A DNA stretch of 64,000 bases, from the NCBI GenBank assembly GCA_947478465.1, contig CANJWH010000001.1:27447-91446 (forward strand), written 5' to 3'. Within the stretch, counting starts at the first letter, position 1. The number at the start of each line of letters is the position of its first letter. Positions 9,575-20,932 of this stretch are shown here, piece by piece. Origin of the DNA: Bacteroidota bacterium. Lineage in GTDB: Bacteria; Bacteroidota; Bacteroidia; SXHM01. The notes beneath the pieces are model-generated. The model had not been told where the DNA came from and ran no database searches. It saw only the letters and a program-made list of their open reading frames with translations. Position numbers and translations under genes: made by a program.

Positions 9575-10258
9575 ATGCTCAGACGTAACCGCATACCCGA
9601 AAAAGACACTGATTTCAGCAATTACATCTACCGCACCACTGCTGCTTTGCTTAGTGGAACACCGCCAACATGGCAACGTTTTTATATTCGTGAAGAAGCC
9701 AAAAATAAATGGATTGAATTTATGAACCTGTGGGACGACTTATATCCCAAATATACCGACTTGAGCAAGCGGACCATGGCGGTAACTGCCGAAAAGAACA
9801 GAATAAAAAAAGAGTTCACCCGTTTTGCACAGCCACTTCTTAACCAAATGAGTGTGAGTTATGCAACCGAGAGCGACCGCCTTACTTTTAACCTGCGTAA
9901 AAAAGAACGCCCCTACCGCAAACGCGGAAAAATTGAAGATTCTCCTGAAGCTCATGTTCAATCCATTGGTGGTGGTCAACTGAAAATACGTGTACGAAGA
10001 GCAAATCAGGAAGGAAGGCGTGGTAAACATCCGCTTGCCGATGTGGTTGAGGTGCGTTACTGGTACGGACATCGTATGCTTACCATGCCGCTTGAGCAAT
10101 GCGTGAACTCCTTTACCACCGGTAAAACCTATTTTATAATGAAAATGCCTGATGAAGCAATTGGCAAATGGGCCTATTTTTATTTTAGATGGGCAATTCC
10201 GGGGAAAGAAGAAAACAGTAGTCCTTATAGTCAAATGCAGATAGCGGTGCTGGGGTAA
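9575..10258 (+). CDS. Hypothetical protein (227 aa), no recognised domain
   Basis: Clean ORF directly downstream of the repeat array. Basic and aromatic-rich, no signal peptide or TM. Confidence 0.5.
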   Translation: MLRRNRIPEKDTDFSNYIYRTTAALLSGTPPTWQRFYIREEAKNKWIEFMNLWDDLYPKYTDLSKRTMAVTAEKNRIKKEFTRFAQPLLNQMSVSYATESDRLTFNLRKKERPYRKRGKIEDSPEAHVQSIGGGQLKIRVRRANQEGRRGKHPLADVVEVRYWYGHRMLTMPLEQCVNSFTTGKTYFIMKMPDEAIGKWAYFYFRWAIPGKEENSSPYSQMQIAVLG

Positions 10259-10288
10259 AATTTCTACCTTCGCGCTTTCTTTTTCGCT

Positions 10289-11638
10289 ATGACAAAAAAC
10301 TTTTCTCCGCTTACCGCTATTTCACCTGTTGACGGGCGTTACCATAAACAGACTGCCGAACTGGCTCAATACTTTTCTGAATACGCACTACTTAAATATC
10401 GCGTAACAGTTGAACTCTATTATTTCTGCGCCCTGAGCGAAATTCCATTGCCAGCGCTGAAAAAGGTGACTAAAAAAATGCGCTTTGAGCTAGACGGACT
10501 AAGTATGGATTTCAACGAGAAAGACGCAGCACGCATCAAGGAAATTGAAAAAACCACCAACCACGATGTTAAGGCCGTTGAATATTTTGTGAAAGAAAAG
10601 CTGGAAAAGCTGGGCCTGAAAAACGAAAAAGAATTTGTGCACTTTGGCCTTACCTCGCAGGACATCAATAACACCGCCTTCCCACTAATGATGAAAATGG
10701 CTTCGCTGGCTGTTTTTATTCCGCATATAAAAGCCATCATCACCAAATTGAATGTACTGGCAAAAGACTGGAAAAATGTTTCCATGCTTGCCCATACCCA
10801 CGGACAACCTGCCTCCCCTACCCGACTGGGCAAGGAAATAACCGTCTTTGCGGAGCGTCTGGAAAATCAGTTGAAACAGTTTGAAGCCATTCCCTACACC
10901 GCAAAATTTGGTGGCGCCACCGGAAACTTCAATGCGCATTATGTGGCATATCCCGATGTGAACTGGAAAAAATTTGCTGATGATTTTTTGAATCATTATC
11001 TGACTTTACAGCGCCAGCAAACCACAACACAAATCGAACACTACGACAATCTTGCTGCGTGGTGCGATGCACAAAAACGCATTAACACTATCCTGATTGA
11101 TTTCTGCCGCGATATGTGGGCCTATATCTCCATGGATTATTTTAAGCAAACCATCAAAGCCGGTGAAGTGGGTTCATCAGCCATGCCACATAAAGTAAAC
11201 CCTATTGACTTTGAAAACGCAGAAGGTAACCTAGGTTTTGCGAATGCTATGTTTGAGCATTTTTCGGCCAAGCTTCCTGTTTCGCGTTTGCAACGCGATC
11301 TTACCGACAGTACAGTGTTACGAAATATAGGTATGCCTTTAGCACACACCTTAATTGCTTTCAAATCCATACAAAAAGGCTTAGACAAATTAGTCCTGAA
11401 CAAAGAAGCTATTGATCGCGACCTTGAAAATAACTGGGCTGTTGTAGCCGAAGCTTTGCAAACCATTCTGCGCAGAGAAGGCTACAAAAACCCTTACGAA
11501 ACACTGAAAGACCTTACCCGCAAAAACGAAAAAATAAGCAAAGAGAGCATTGCCGCATTTATCAAATCGCTCAACGTTTCTGATAAAGTGAAAAAGACAA
11601 TGCTGGCGATTACGCCCTTTAATTATACCGGGAAATAG
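10289..11638 (+). CDS. purB: Adenylosuccinate lyase
   Basis: 449 aa. Fumarate-lyase signature SSAMPHKVNPIDFENAEG. Confidence 0.9.
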   Translation: MTKNFSPLTAISPVDGRYHKQTAELAQYFSEYALLKYRVTVELYYFCALSEIPLPALKKVTKKMRFELDGLSMDFNEKDAARIKEIEKTTNHDVKAVEYFVKEKLEKLGLKNEKEFVHFGLTSQDINNTAFPLMMKMASLAVFIPHIKAIITKLNVLAKDWKNVSMLAHTHGQPASPTRLGKEITVFAERLENQLKQFEAIPYTAKFGGATGNFNAHYVAYPDVNWKKFADDFLNHYLTLQRQQTTTQIEHYDNLAAWCDAQKRINTILIDFCRDMWAYISMDYFKQTIKAGEVGSSAMPHKVNPIDFENAEGNLGFANAMFEHFSAKLPVSRLQRDLTDSTVLRNIGMPLAHTLIAFKSIQKGLDKLVLNKEAIDRDLENNWAVVAEALQTILRREGYKNPYETLKDLTRKNEKISKESIAAFIKSLNVSDKVKKTMLAITPFNYTGK

Positions 11639-11645
11639 AAGAAGA

Positions 11646-12674
11646 TTACGCTTCTGCTTTTGCGTATTTATTCATAAATTCCTCAGCCTTAGCAACCATA
11701 TCAGGCGAGCCTATAAACAAAGGTGTGCGCTGATGCAATGATGTAGGTTTAATATCCAAAATACGATTAAACCCATCTGAAGCTGTTCCGCCTGCCTGCT
11801 CCACCAAAAACGCAAGTGGATTGCATTCATAAAGTAATCTTAGCTTTCCCTTTGGTGCCGTAGATGTAGAAGGATAAATAAAAATTCCGCCTTTCAGCAT
11901 ATTGCGATGAAAATCAGCAACCGCAGAACCAATATAGCGCGATGAGTAAGGGCGCGATGTAGCCTTATCTTCAACCTGACAATATTTGATATAATCTTTT
12001 ACTCCCTGAGGAAAATGAACGTAATTACCTTCGTTAATAGAATAGATTTTTCCTGTTTTAGGAATTTGCATGTTGGGGTGTGAAAGAAAAAATGCACCAA
12101 TAGATGGGTCAAGCGTAAAACCATTTACTCCATTTCCGGTTGAATAAACAAGCATGGTTGAAGAACCGTAAATCACATATCCGGCCGCTACCTGCTCAAC
12201 GCCCGCCTGCATAAAATCATCAAGAGTTGCACAATCGCCCTCTGTTTTTCTGCGGTAAATTGAAAAAATAGAACCAACCGAAACATTCACATCAATGTTT
12301 GACGAACCATCAAGTGGATCAAATGCAACAATGTATTTCCCTGTTTTAGAAAACTCACCGTTGAATTCTATCATTCCTTCGTTTTCTTCGGAAGCGATGG
12401 CACAAACTTCTCCACGCTCTTTCAGTGCGTGAATGAATTGTTCGTTTGAAAAAACATCTAACTTTTTTACCTCTTCACCCTGAACATTAGTTGAGCCAAA
12501 ATCACCCAAAATACCATTCAATCCTGCGCGCTTTACTTCGCGATTTATGATACGTGCTGCAAGGCTTATAGCGCTGAAAAGTCGGGATAACTCTCCTTTT
12601 GCATATTTAAAATCTGATTGGCGCTCAATAATAAATTCGCCAAGCGAAATGTAGCTTCTCTTAAATGATTCCAT
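11646..12674 (-). CDS. fbp: Fructose-1,6-bisphosphatase class I
   Basis: 342 aa. Full-length similarity to class 1 FBPase (…[25 protein letters not shown]…). Confidence 0.9.
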   Translation of the reverse strand: MESFKRSYISLGEFIIERQSDFKYAKGELSRLFSAISLAARIINREVKRAGLNGILGDFGSTNVQGEEVKKLDVFSNEQFIHALKERGEVCAIASEENEGMIEFNGEFSKTGKYIVAFDPLDGSSNIDVNVSVGSIFSIYRRKTEGDCATLDDFMQAGVEQVAAGYVIYGSSTMLVYSTGNGVNGFTLDPSIGAFFLSHPNMQIPKTGKIYSINEGNYVHFPQGVKDYIKYCQVEDKATSRPYSSRYIGSAVADFHRNMLKGGIFIYPSTSTAPKGKLRLLYECNPLAFLVEQAGGTASDGFNRILDIKPTSLHQRTPLFIGSPDMVAKAEEFMNKYAKAEA

Positions 12675-12711
12675 TTGTATTGTTAGAAATTGTTTCCTGC
12701 TTGGCGGAAAA

Positions 12712-13488
12712 TTACAACTTCATGATAAATGCTAACTTATAGAAAGCGGGTCTGTTGTCGAATGTTGTTCCCGAGCCTGTTAATCCGCTGTTTCCTGTAG
12801 ACTGATTTATTGTTATTCCTGTAGTTTCAGTTGAAGAAGGTGCTGTTGTAAGCACAGTACCTGTGCCTACTGAACTGCTCAGTATTCCCGGAGTACCTGA
12901 ACCTGCATTTACAACAGGAAAATCATGCGCATGTCCTGCGTCTGCTATGGTATGTGTATGGTTAATGCTGTGATCATGTGGGGGAAGGTTTGCAATGGTC
13001 AATGACTGATCGTGTGTTCCACCTGTTGCACCAGGATTTTCTACTGAACTTTGAACAGAAAGAATAAAACGATTTCTTAAATCAGGAGTTCCGTTTGCGC
13101 CATCGCACAAAGCCCAGCCGCCAGGAATAGTGTTAATTGGTCCTGACCACATGCTGATTAAGCCGGGAGGCGTGTTTCCTGTGTTTTGGTTAAGTGGTAG
13201 CCAATCATTTAAACTTGCGCTCCAGTAGTAAAATCCTTTAGGTTCAGAATTAGTTCCGTCTGTTTGATAAATCAACAACCCTTCTGACGATGATGTAGTA
13301 GGAATAATCAAATCTCTCTGAAGAATAGTCATTCTGGGCACCAGCAATCCTTTTGAAGTAGATGAAATATCAAGCATTGCAGACGGTTCAGGAGTTGTTG
13401 TTCCTATTCCAACATTATTGGATTGAGCTTTAACTAGAGCAGGAATTGTAACTGCAATAACAGCAATAAAGAGTATTTTTCTTAGCAT
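12712..13488 (-). CDS. Secreted phage tail-collar (MdpB-like) domain protein
   Basis: 258 aa. Signal peptide, conserved Bacteroidota N-terminal module ([16 protein letters not shown]…LVPRMT), tail-collar motif [20 protein letters not shown]…[18 protein letters not shown]. Confidence 0.7.
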   Translation of the reverse strand: MLRKILFIAVIAVTIPALVKAQSNNVGIGTTTPEPSAMLDISSTSKGLLVPRMTILQRDLIIPTTSSSEGLLIYQTDGTNSEPKGFYYWSASLNDWLPLNQNTGNTPPGLISMWSGPINTIPGGWALCDGANGTPDLRNRFILSVQSSVENPGATGGTHDQSLTIANLPPHDHSINHTHTIADAGHAHDFPVVNAGSGTPGILSSSVGTGTVLTTAPSSTETTGITINQSTGNSGLTGSGTTFDNRPAFYKLAFIMKL

Positions 13489-13571
13489 GGTTTTGTTTTT
13501 AAAACAAGTATGGAGTGCAATAATAGTAATTCTCCTCTAAATATTACTACTTGCAATAAAATTTGAAGATT

Positions 13572-14396
13572 TTAAAAATCAAGATGTCTTGCTTTTACTT
13601 CCTGACCGAAAAAGAGGGATGCCGCATTATTAAAGTTTTCGGCAGAATCTGAAGTATAAAAATCAATTATCCCACCTTTACTGCATCTGTATTCTATTTC
13701 AGAATGTCGCTTTAGATAGTCGGCAAGGCTTTTGGCAACTATTTCGCCCTGCGAAAGCAGTGTCAGGTTTTCGGGAATATACTTTTTTATTTTCTCTGCC
13801 AGTAATGGGTAATGGGTGCAACCTAAAATTATGGTGTCAATTTTACTGCTCTTTGCGAAAAGATTATCTAAATTCTTTTTTACAAAATAATCTGCTGCAA
13901 TAGTGTTTACCTCATTGTTCTCAACCAAAGGAACCCACATTGGACAGGCCTCCTGAAAAACATTAACTTCCGGAAAGAATTTTTCAATCTCAATTGGATA
14001 TGAGTTAGAGGCTACAGTTCCTTTAGTTCCCAGCACTCCGACATGGCCAGTTTTAGTATATTTTCCAACAATTTCAGTTGTTGGTCTTATTACTCCCAAC
14101 ACTCTCTTATCAGGATATTTTTTAGGTAAGTCAACCTGCTGAATATTCCTCAGCGCCTTAGCGGAAGCAGTGTTACAAGCAATAATCACCAGATTACAAT
14201 TCATAGCAAACAACCTTTCAACACATTGCAAGGTGTATTGATAAACAGTTTCAAAAGACCGGTTTCCATAAGGTGTTCGCGCATTATCGCCCAAATAAAC
14301 GTAATCGTATTGTGGAAGTTCTTTTACTATTTCTTTCAAAATTGTAAGTCCTCCGTATCCGGAATCGAAAACTCCAATGGATTGTTTCTGCTGCAT
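13572..14396 (-). CDS. murI: Glutamate racemase
   Basis: 274 aa. IGVFDSGYGGLT and CNTAS motifs. Confidence 0.9.
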   Translation of the reverse strand: MQQKQSIGVFDSGYGGLTILKEIVKELPQYDYVYLGDNARTPYGNRSFETVYQYTLQCVERLFAMNCNLVIIACNTASAKALRNIQQVDLPKKYPDKRVLGVIRPTTEIVGKYTKTGHVGVLGTKGTVASNSYPIEIEKFFPEVNVFQEACPMWVPLVENNEVNTIAADYFVKKNLDNLFAKSSKIDTIILGCTHYPLLAEKIKKYIPENLTLLSQGEIVAKSLADYLKRHSEIEYRCSKGGIIDFYTSDSAENFNNAASLFFGQEVKARHLDF

Positions 14397-14416
14397 TGCG
14401 TGGCTATATTACAAAT

Positions 14417-14451
14417 AAAAAATCCACCCTGTTTTGCAAGGTGGATTTTTT
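14417..14451. terminator. Bidirectional intrinsic terminator downstream of the uppS-bamA-skp-skp operon
   Basis: aaaaaatccaccctg-tttg-caaggtggatttttt: about 14-bp stem with A/T runs on both sides. Confidence 0.55.
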
Positions 14452-14468
14452 ATTTATTGTGTGAGAGA

Positions 14469-14975
14469 TTATTGTAACCCCAATTTAGCTTTTACAAATG
14501 GAAGAACGTCATCAGTTGGCCCCGCATAAAGTAAACCTCCACGTGCTTTGTCAAAAACATACTGGTAACCTTTTTCTTTTGCTACATCTTCAATAGCCTT
14601 TAAAGCTCTGTCAGAAATAGGTTTAAAAAGTTCTTGTTCTTTTTTAGCTACTTCCTGATTGCCGAGTTTTTCAAATTCATTCAAACGGCCTTGTTTATCA
14701 TTTAATTCATTGATTTTACTTTGACGGATAATTTCGCTCATTCCACCTTTGTTGGCTTCAAAATCTTCAGCAAGTTTTTTCAATTCGCCTGCCATTCTTT
14801 CATATTCTCCCTGAACTGCTCCTGCAAATTTCTGAAGGCTGTCTTGAGCCGCCTTTGCTTCAGGCATAAGGTTTACCAATTCCTGAGAATTAATGTGCCC
14901 TAGTTTTTTTGACTGTGCGTTTACACTAGCTGAGGCAAAAATTCCAATCGTTAATATAAAAAGTATTTTTTTCAT
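14469..14975 (-). CDS. OmpH/Skp-family periplasmic chaperone
   Basis: 168 aa. Signal peptide, helical and charged; sits downstream of bamA as usual. Confidence 0.8.
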   Translation of the reverse strand: MKKILFILTIGIFASASVNAQSKKLGHINSQELVNLMPEAKAAQDSLQKFAGAVQGEYERMAGELKKLAEDFEANKGGMSEIIRQSKINELNDKQGRLNEFEKLGNQEVAKKEQELFKPISDRALKAIEDVAKEKGYQYVFDKARGGLLYAGPTDDVLPFVKAKLGLQ

Positions 14976-15047
14976 AGTTTTTAAGTGGTTTTGAATTAGG
15001 GGTGCGAAAGTAAAAATAATTTTGAAAGAAGATTTACAAAGATTTCT

Positions 15048-15590
15048 TTATTCTTTAGTTTCCTTTGCCGTAGTTATGCCCATTGCTTCCAACACATCAT
15101 CGCTTAGGTCATACTTCTCATTTGTATACAGCATAGAGGCTCCCGATGATTTATCGAAGATAATCATATAGGTTCTTGCGTCTGCAATTTTTTTAATTTC
15201 CGTGTATATTTTATCCTGTATAGGTTTTATCATTTCCTGACGCTTTTTAAATAGATCGCCCTCAAAGCCAAATCGCTGTTTCTGAAGGTCTTTTGCTTTC
15301 TTTTCTTTCTCAATTATCTCGGCTTCACGCTTTTTGCGGGCAGCTTCTGGTAAAAGTATTTCCTCCGCCTGGTAATCAGAATACATTTTGTCTATGTCTT
15401 TATACATTGCTTCTATTTCGCTTTGCCATTGAACCGACATATCATCAAGTTGCTTTTGTTTTGAAGTGTAATCAGGCAAATTGCTGAGAATGTATTCTGT
15501 ATCAACAAATGCGAATTTCTGAGCCGAAGCAACGAATCCGCTAAATAAAAGAACTGCTATTGTTCCTAGAATTTTTGATGTGCTTTTCAT
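15048..15590 (-). CDS. OmpH/Skp-family periplasmic chaperone (second copy)
   Basis: Internal ATG (MKSTSKILG…, signal peptide) chosen. The longer track ORF would overlap bamA by ~90 bp. Confidence 0.75.
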   Translation of the reverse strand: MKSTSKILGTIAVLLFSGFVASAQKFAFVDTEYILSNLPDYTSKQKQLDDMSVQWQSEIEAMYKDIDKMYSDYQAEEILLPEAARKKREAEIIEKEKKAKDLQKQRFGFEGDLFKKRQEMIKPIQDKIYTEIKKIADARTYMIIFDKSSGASMLYTNEKYDLSDDVLEAMGITTAKETKE

Positions 15591-15615
15591 ATTTGTATTG
15601 TTTAGTTGCAAAAAA

Positions 15616-18213
15616 TTATTCAATAGTTTGTCCAATCGAGAAGTGGAAATTGCTTCCGCTTGACCCTGGCCTTCCTGGTATCTGGTCAAATCCATAACCC
15701 CAATCAAGTCCTAGTAATCCAAACATCGGAAGGAAAATACGGACACCAACACCTGCAGATTTCTTCACTCCAAAAGGATTGAAATTATCAAACTTGTCGT
15801 ATGCGTCTCCGGCCTCTAAAAAGGCAAGACCAAAAATTGTAGCTGAAGGGTTTAATGAAACTGGGTAACGCAATTCTAAAGAGTATTTGTTATAAATAGT
15901 TCCACCCGTGTAGTTGCCTTGATTGTTGGTTGGCGTTAAGGTGTTATCACCATAACCGCGCAATGCAATAATTTCACGTCCGTCAAGCGAGAACCCGGAT
16001 AAACCGCTTCCTCCTAAATAAAACCGTTCAAACGGTGTGATGCCAAGCTGCCTGTTATACAAACCAAGGAAACCAAACTGAGTTCGGACATTCATTACCA
16101 ACTTTCCTGCCAAGTTCTGGAACCATGAATAATTGAATTTGATTTTATTAAACTCTAACCACTTATATTTTGAAGATGGGTCAGCATAATCAATACTTCT
16201 TCCAAATGCCGACCAAGGAGGGGTCATTTGTAAACTTGCTGTAATTTTTGAACCTCGCTGCGGGTAAATAGGATCGCTGATAGAATTACGCGAAATTGTT
16301 GCTTTAACACTTAGGTTATTATACTGACCATTAATAAGTGCTCCAAGCGGGTAATTTTTCAAGTGGTAAGACTGATAAATGCCTTCAATATAAGCAGTGA
16401 AAAAGTCATCCGGCCATTTTAAACGGGTTCCAAAACCAACACTTCCACCGGTAATTAAAATTGCCTGACGGGTGATGTCACTTTTTGGTTTTCCGTTGCT
16501 CTGTACCGAGTGGAATACTGAGAAGCTTAATGAATTTGGTTTTTTACCCCCTAGCCAAGGCTCAGTAAACGAAGCATTATAGGATTGAAAATACAAGCCA
16601 TTACTCTGTACACGTAAACTAAGCTTTTGACCGTCACCTGCAGGAAGCGGCTGCCATGCACCTTTTTTGAAAATGTTGCGCATGGAAAAGTTATTAAATG
16701 TAACACCCAGTGTTCCAACTATTCTTCCTGCGCCCCAACCACCAGAAAGTTCAATTTGATCAGATGGTTTTTCTTCTACCTTGTATTCAATATCTACCGT
16801 TCCATCAACAGGATTGGGTTTTGGATTAACACCTAACGTTTCTGAATTGAAATAACCAAGGTTTGCTAATTCTCTTTGAGAACGAATAATGTCGCTGCGG
16901 CTGAATAACATTCCCGGCTTGGTGCGTATTTCACGAAGAATAACATGGTCGTTGGTTTTTGTATTTCCAATTACAGTTACTTTATTAATCCTTGCCTGCT
17001 TGCCTTCGCGCATTCTCATTTCAATATCAATTGAATCGTTTTCTGCAAGAATTTCAACGGGCTTCACGTCAAAAAACAAATACCCGTCATCAAGGTAAAG
17101 TGAGCTGACATCGGAGCTTTGCGGATTCATCAACAGGTTGGCCTCTAGGGCTGCTTGGTTGTAAACATCACCTTTCTTAATACCTAAAACTTTGCTCAGA
17201 TATTCAGAAGTATATTTAGTGTTGCCCGTCCAGGTAATATTTCGAAAATAATATTTAGGACCTTCTTCTAACCAAAGTTCAACATTGATTTCTCTATTGT
17301 TCACCTTATAAACAGAGTCGCGGATGATTGTTGCGTCTCGGAATCCTTGCTCGTTGTATTTTGCAATCAGAGCTGTTTTGTCATCACGATATTTTGAATC
17401 AAGGAATTTTGAGGCTTTAAAAATATTGAGTTTTACGTTTTCGTTCAGATGGGATTCCAATGCGTCAATAGCGCCATTCATGTCACTCTTTACAATGGCA
17501 GAAATAATATTTTTTGCTGCAACATCGGGGTTGCGAAACGGTGCGAAAATATTTTTTTCCTTGGTTTCCTTCATTGTCCGTTTCAGTTTCCCACTCTGAA
17601 TTTTTTCATTTCCATGAACAATAACCTGATTGATTTTAACTTTCTTTTTGCGATTAACTCCAATGGTTAACACCACATTGTTAGGCAGCGTAGCATCAGG
17701 TGCTTCCGTAATATTTACTTCTGTATTCAAGTATCCTTTTTCAATGTAATAATCGCCTACAATATTTTTAGTAGTAAGCAAAAGATCTTCGGTTACAACT
17801 TTTCCTTTAATTAGTTTAATCTTATCACGGATATCATCTTCTTCTGATTTACGTGTTCCGGTAAAACGGAAAGAAGAAAGACGCGGACGTTCCTGTAAAA
17901 TAAATTCAAGGAAGATTTTATCGCCAACAACTTTCTGTGCGTTAATACCGATATCAGAAAAAAGTCCTTGTTTCCAAAGGTTTTCAATTGCTTTAGAGAC
18001 CTGGTCACCGGGAACCATAATACGGTCTCCGACAGTTAAGCCCGAAAGCAATTTGAGAACGCTTTTATCTAAATATTTAGTTCCGGTAACTTCAATGCCA
18101 CCTATTTCATACTCCTGAGGTTTGCCATAATTTATTTCTACTTGCGCAAAGAGGCTAGAAGCGGTTAGAAAGAAATAAGCAATAAACAGAAAAAACTTTA
18201 TCAGGTATCTCAT
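15616..18213 (-). CDS. bamA: Outer membrane protein assembly factor BamA
   Basis: 865 aa. POTRA repeats then C-terminal 16-strand barrel; synteny with uppS and skp. Confidence 0.9.
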   Translation of the reverse strand: MRYLIKFFLFIAYFFLTASSLFAQVEINYGKPQEYEIGGIEVTGTKYLDKSVLKLLSGLTVGDRIMVPGDQVSKAIENLWKQGLFSDIGINAQKVVGDKIFLEFILQERPRLSSFRFTGTRKSEEDDIRDKIKLIKGKVVTEDLLLTTKNIVGDYYIEKGYLNTEVNITEAPDATLPNNVVLTIGVNRKKKVKINQVIVHGNEKIQSGKLKRTMKETKEKNIFAPFRNPDVAAKNIISAIVKSDMNGAIDALESHLNENVKLNIFKASKFLDSKYRDDKTALIAKYNEQGFRDATIIRDSVYKVNNREINVELWLEEGPKYYFRNITWTGNTKYTSEYLSKVLGIKKGDVYNQAALEANLLMNPQSSDVSSLYLDDGYLFFDVKPVEILAENDSIDIEMRMREGKQARINKVTVIGNTKTNDHVILREIRTKPGMLFSRSDIIRSQRELANLGYFNSETLGVNPKPNPVDGTVDIEYKVEEKPSDQIELSGGWGAGRIVGTLGVTFNNFSMRNIFKKGAWQPLPAGDGQKLSLRVQSNGLYFQSYNASFTEPWLGGKKPNSLSFSVFHSVQSNGKPKSDITRQAILITGGSVGFGTRLKWPDDFFTAYIEGIYQSYHLKNYPLGALINGQYNNLSVKATISRNSISDPIYPQRGSKITASLQMTPPWSAFGRSIDYADPSSKYKWLEFNKIKFNYSWFQNLAGKLVMNVRTQFGFLGLYNRQLGITPFERFYLGGSGLSGFSLDGREIIALRGYGDNTLTPTNNQGNYTGGTIYNKYSLELRYPVSLNPSATIFGLAFLEAGDAYDKFDNFNPFGVKKSAGVGVRIFLPMFGLLGLDWGYGFDQIPGRPGSSGSNFHFSIGQTIE

Positions 18214-18956
18214 TTCGTTTTCAACTGTTCGCTTGTTTTTCCAAATCTGCGTTCGCGCTGTTGGTAATTAACAATGGCTTCATAAAAATCTTCTTTGCGG
18301 AATTCAGGCCACAATTTGTCTGTAAAATACAACTCGGAATAAGCAATCTGCCACAACAAAAAATTACTGATTCTATATTCACCGCTTGTACGGATAAGTA
18401 ATTCGGGGTCCGGCATTTTTGCGGTGCAAAGATGTGATTTAATAGTTTCCTCGTTTATATCTTCTTCCTTCAGCTTACCTGATTTAACATTTTTTACCAA
18501 ATCCTTCACTGCTTGTGTTATCTCCCACTTAGAGCTGTAACTAAGGGCCAACACCAAAGTCATGCGTGTGTTATTTTCGGTATTTTTTATCGCTTCGTGT
18601 AACTCTTTATAACAGTCTTTTGGCAAACTATTCAAATCTCCTATTGCCTGTAAACGAATATTATTCTTGTTTAATGTTTTGGTCTCTTTGTTAATTGTTT
18701 TTACCAAAAGAGTCATTAGGGCATCTACTTCATACTTGGGGCGGTTCCAGTTTTCGGTTGAAAAAGCATAAAGAGTTAAATATTCTACTCCTAGCTCAGC
18801 AGCTGCTTCAGTAGTTTCGCGAACAGAATCAACTCCGTTATGATGCCCGAATGTGCGAAGTTTTCCCTGCTTTTTTGCCCATCTTCCGTTGCCATCCATA
18901 ATGATGGCTATGTGTTTGGGTAGCTTGGTTTTATCTATCTGCTCTTTGAAGGTCAT
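18210..18956 (-). CDS. uppS: Undecaprenyl-diphosphate synthase (isoprenyl transferase)
   Basis: 248 aa. [13 protein letters not shown] and cis-prenyltransferase motifs; 4-bp overlap with bamA. Confidence 0.9.
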   Translation of the reverse strand: MTFKEQIDKTKLPKHIAIIMDGNGRWAKKQGKLRTFGHHNGVDSVRETTEAAAELGVEYLTLYAFSTENWNRPKYEVDALMTLLVKTINKETKTLNKNNIRLQAIGDLNSLPKDCYKELHEAIKNTENNTRMTLVLALSYSSKWEITQAVKDLVKNVKSGKLKEEDINEETIKSHLCTAKMPDPELLIRTSGEYRISNFLLWQIAYSELYFTDKLWPEFRKEDFYEAIVNYQQRERRFGKTSEQLKTK

Positions 18957-18960
18957 CTTT

Positions 18961-18996
18961 AAAAAAAGACCGTCCTCGTTTTTTGCGGGGACGGTT
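18961..18996 (-). terminator. Intrinsic terminator after the outer-membrane beta-barrel gene
   Basis: Minus-strand reading gives a 10-bp GC-rich stem (accgtccccg / cgaggacggt) followed by a T7 run. Confidence 0.55.
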
Positions 18997-19024
18997 TTAC
19001 ATTTATCCTATTTGTATTTTTAAT

Positions 19025-19891
19025 TTACTGGTATGCTGCACACTTAGGTTGCTTGGTTTTTATAGTGTACGAAAGTGTTGCTACTGCAAATGAATACCAG
19101 TCTTTATTAGTAGAATTTCCTCTCTGTCTGCCAACATTGCTTTCTGTGCTGGCAATCGAGCGGTCTGAAAGAACTGCTGCAACATCAGTGTATTCTGAAC
19201 GAAGAACAATGGGCTCAGCATAAGTTGTGCTTACATCATCCAGATAGTCTGTAAAAGTTGGCCTCATCCCCCATTCTAGTCCAAAACCAACACCGTTAGC
19301 AATGTTAAATTTAAAACCAATACCAAATGGAATAGAAAAACTTGTGAGTGAATATTTTTTTCTGTCAGGATATCCAGTTGTGCCCTGACCTTCTGTGCCA
19401 AGCGGCATCAGCGCATAATAACCACTGTTTGCTACAGTATAATTTATTCCGTTGATGTTATAGGTTCCTGCATCTACGAAGGCTTTTGGATTAAACTTAA
19501 AAATTCCGAAACCTCCAAAAATGTATGGAGTGAAACGAGTTTTTGTATCACCTGCTACAAAAGGGAGAAAATTTATTTCTATTTGACCCGAAAACTCAGC
19601 AACTACAGACTTAAAACTCAAATTTCGCTGGATTTGTTCTGGATTAGCAGACAAGGCATCATTACCTTCAACATTGCCATAAAGGAAACATAATTTACCT
19701 GAAAAATGTTCGTTGAAATTATGACGGTAAAAACCTCCGAATGCAAATTTCGGTTGCATAAATAGTGTTTTGCGATTAAGTTCTCCGTTATAAAACGAAG
19801 TTCCCAACATTAATCCAAACTCTGATTTTTGGGCAAAAACAGGAGCACAAAGAATTAATACAAAGAATGATGCTAAAAAATAGTTTTTCAT
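19025..19891 (-). CDS. Outer-membrane beta-barrel protein (DUF6089-like), paralog 1
   Basis: Signal peptide, alternating beta pattern, shared FTDYLDDVSTTY motif, C-terminal aromatic. Start set at MKNYFLASFF. Confidence 0.55.
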   Translation of the reverse strand: MKNYFLASFFVLILCAPVFAQKSEFGLMLGTSFYNGELNRKTLFMQPKFAFGGFYRHNFNEHFSGKLCFLYGNVEGNDALSANPEQIQRNLSFKSVVAEFSGQIEINFLPFVAGDTKTRFTPYIFGGFGIFKFNPKAFVDAGTYNINGINYTVANSGYYALMPLGTEGQGTTGYPDRKKYSLTSFSIPFGIGFKFNIANGVGFGLEWGMRPTFTDYLDDVSTTYAEPIVLRSEYTDVAAVLSDRSIASTESNVGRQRGNSTNKDWYSFAVATLSYTIKTKQPKCAAYQ

Positions 19892-19926
19892 CGGTTGGAT
19901 TTTTCCGCAAGAATAAAGCCAGGTCA

Positions 19927-20856
19927 TTAGAATTTAGGTAACCCTTTTCTTGTAGTTTTCAACTTATAGTTGTAGGTAATCAGGAAAAACATGTAGTGAT
20001 CCAAATCACGTGGGTCACCTCTTTGTTGTCCTGCACAGGTCTGACAACCACCGAATGGTCCTGGTGCACCACCTGTTCCTCCATTACCGGTTAATGCCGG
20101 ATCAGATAATTGAGCAGACGCATCTCCAAAATTCTGAGCCAACTCATTCTTGTCGTAATACGTTGTACTTACATCATCGATATAATCGGTGAAAACCTTA
20201 CGGATTCCATACTCAATACCAATGCTTGATGTTTTATTCAGACTGTATTTCAAACCAATTCCCATAGGAATAGCAAACTGAATGCGAGAATAATCTGATC
20301 TCGTAGACACTAAGCCTTGCCCCTCTGTATTCAAAGGAGCAAGCGCTGTCCATGTTCCATTATATTGGGCTTTGGGGTTAAAATAATATCCTGCTATACC
20401 AAAAAATCCATAAACATAAATGTCGCTTCCTTTTTTACCGCGACCGCGAACACGTCTTACTTTGTAACGACTTCCTATGGTTTCTTTCATCCATGAAAAT
20501 TCATATTGAGCGGATAATTCAACAATCGGAGATTTAAAATTCAAATTGCGATTATTCCTGTATGGTTCTTGTGTCCACTTGTCATCTCCTCTAAGTCTTC
20601 CGTAAGAAAAACCAACTTTAACAGCTGTAGATTGAGAGAGTTTATAACGCATTCCCAAATTCAAAACATAACGCGTTGCTGCCATCTCCAAATCTTTGTA
20701 GTAATTGGTTCCAATCTGATTGGCTCCACCCAATTCACCCAGGAAGTTGGTAGTTCCTGCAGCAGCCACAATTTCGTATCGCATCCTTTTCCAACGCTGA
20801 GCTTTGGAAAACATTGGCAAAAGAATGATAAACAGAAGGATATATCTTTTTATCAT
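19927..20856 (-). CDS. Outer-membrane beta-barrel protein (DUF6089-like), paralog 2
   Basis: 309 aa. Shares the FTDYIDDVSTTY motif and architecture with the adjacent gene. Confidence 0.55.
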   Translation of the reverse strand: MIKRYILLFIILLPMFSKAQRWKRMRYEIVAAAGTTNFLGELGGANQIGTNYYKDLEMAATRYVLNLGMRYKLSQSTAVKVGFSYGRLRGDDKWTQEPYRNNRNLNFKSPIVELSAQYEFSWMKETIGSRYKVRRVRGRGKKGSDIYVYGFFGIAGYYFNPKAQYNGTWTALAPLNTEGQGLVSTRSDYSRIQFAIPMGIGLKYSLNKTSSIGIEYGIRKVFTDYIDDVSTTYYDKNELAQNFGDASAQLSDPALTGNGGTGGAPGPFGGCQTCAGQQRGDPRDLDHYMFFLITYNYKLKTTRKGLPKF

Positions 20857-20932
20857 GATGGTTTTCAGGCGGTTTTAATTTTTAATAAGGCAAATATAAA
20901 CATATTATGAACAAACTAACAAGTTTTTAACA

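Noticed and set aside
12712-13488. Prophage at the tail-collar gene
   Set aside because: No capsid, terminase, integrase or other phage genes lie within 10 kb on either side. The flanks are fbp and murI.
15048-15707. Track ORF for the second Skp extending to 15707 and overlapping bamA by 92 bp
   Set aside because: The internal Met at 15590 is followed by a canonical signal peptide, and the upstream extension ([16 protein letters not shown]…) lacks protein-like character. The shorter start was adopted.
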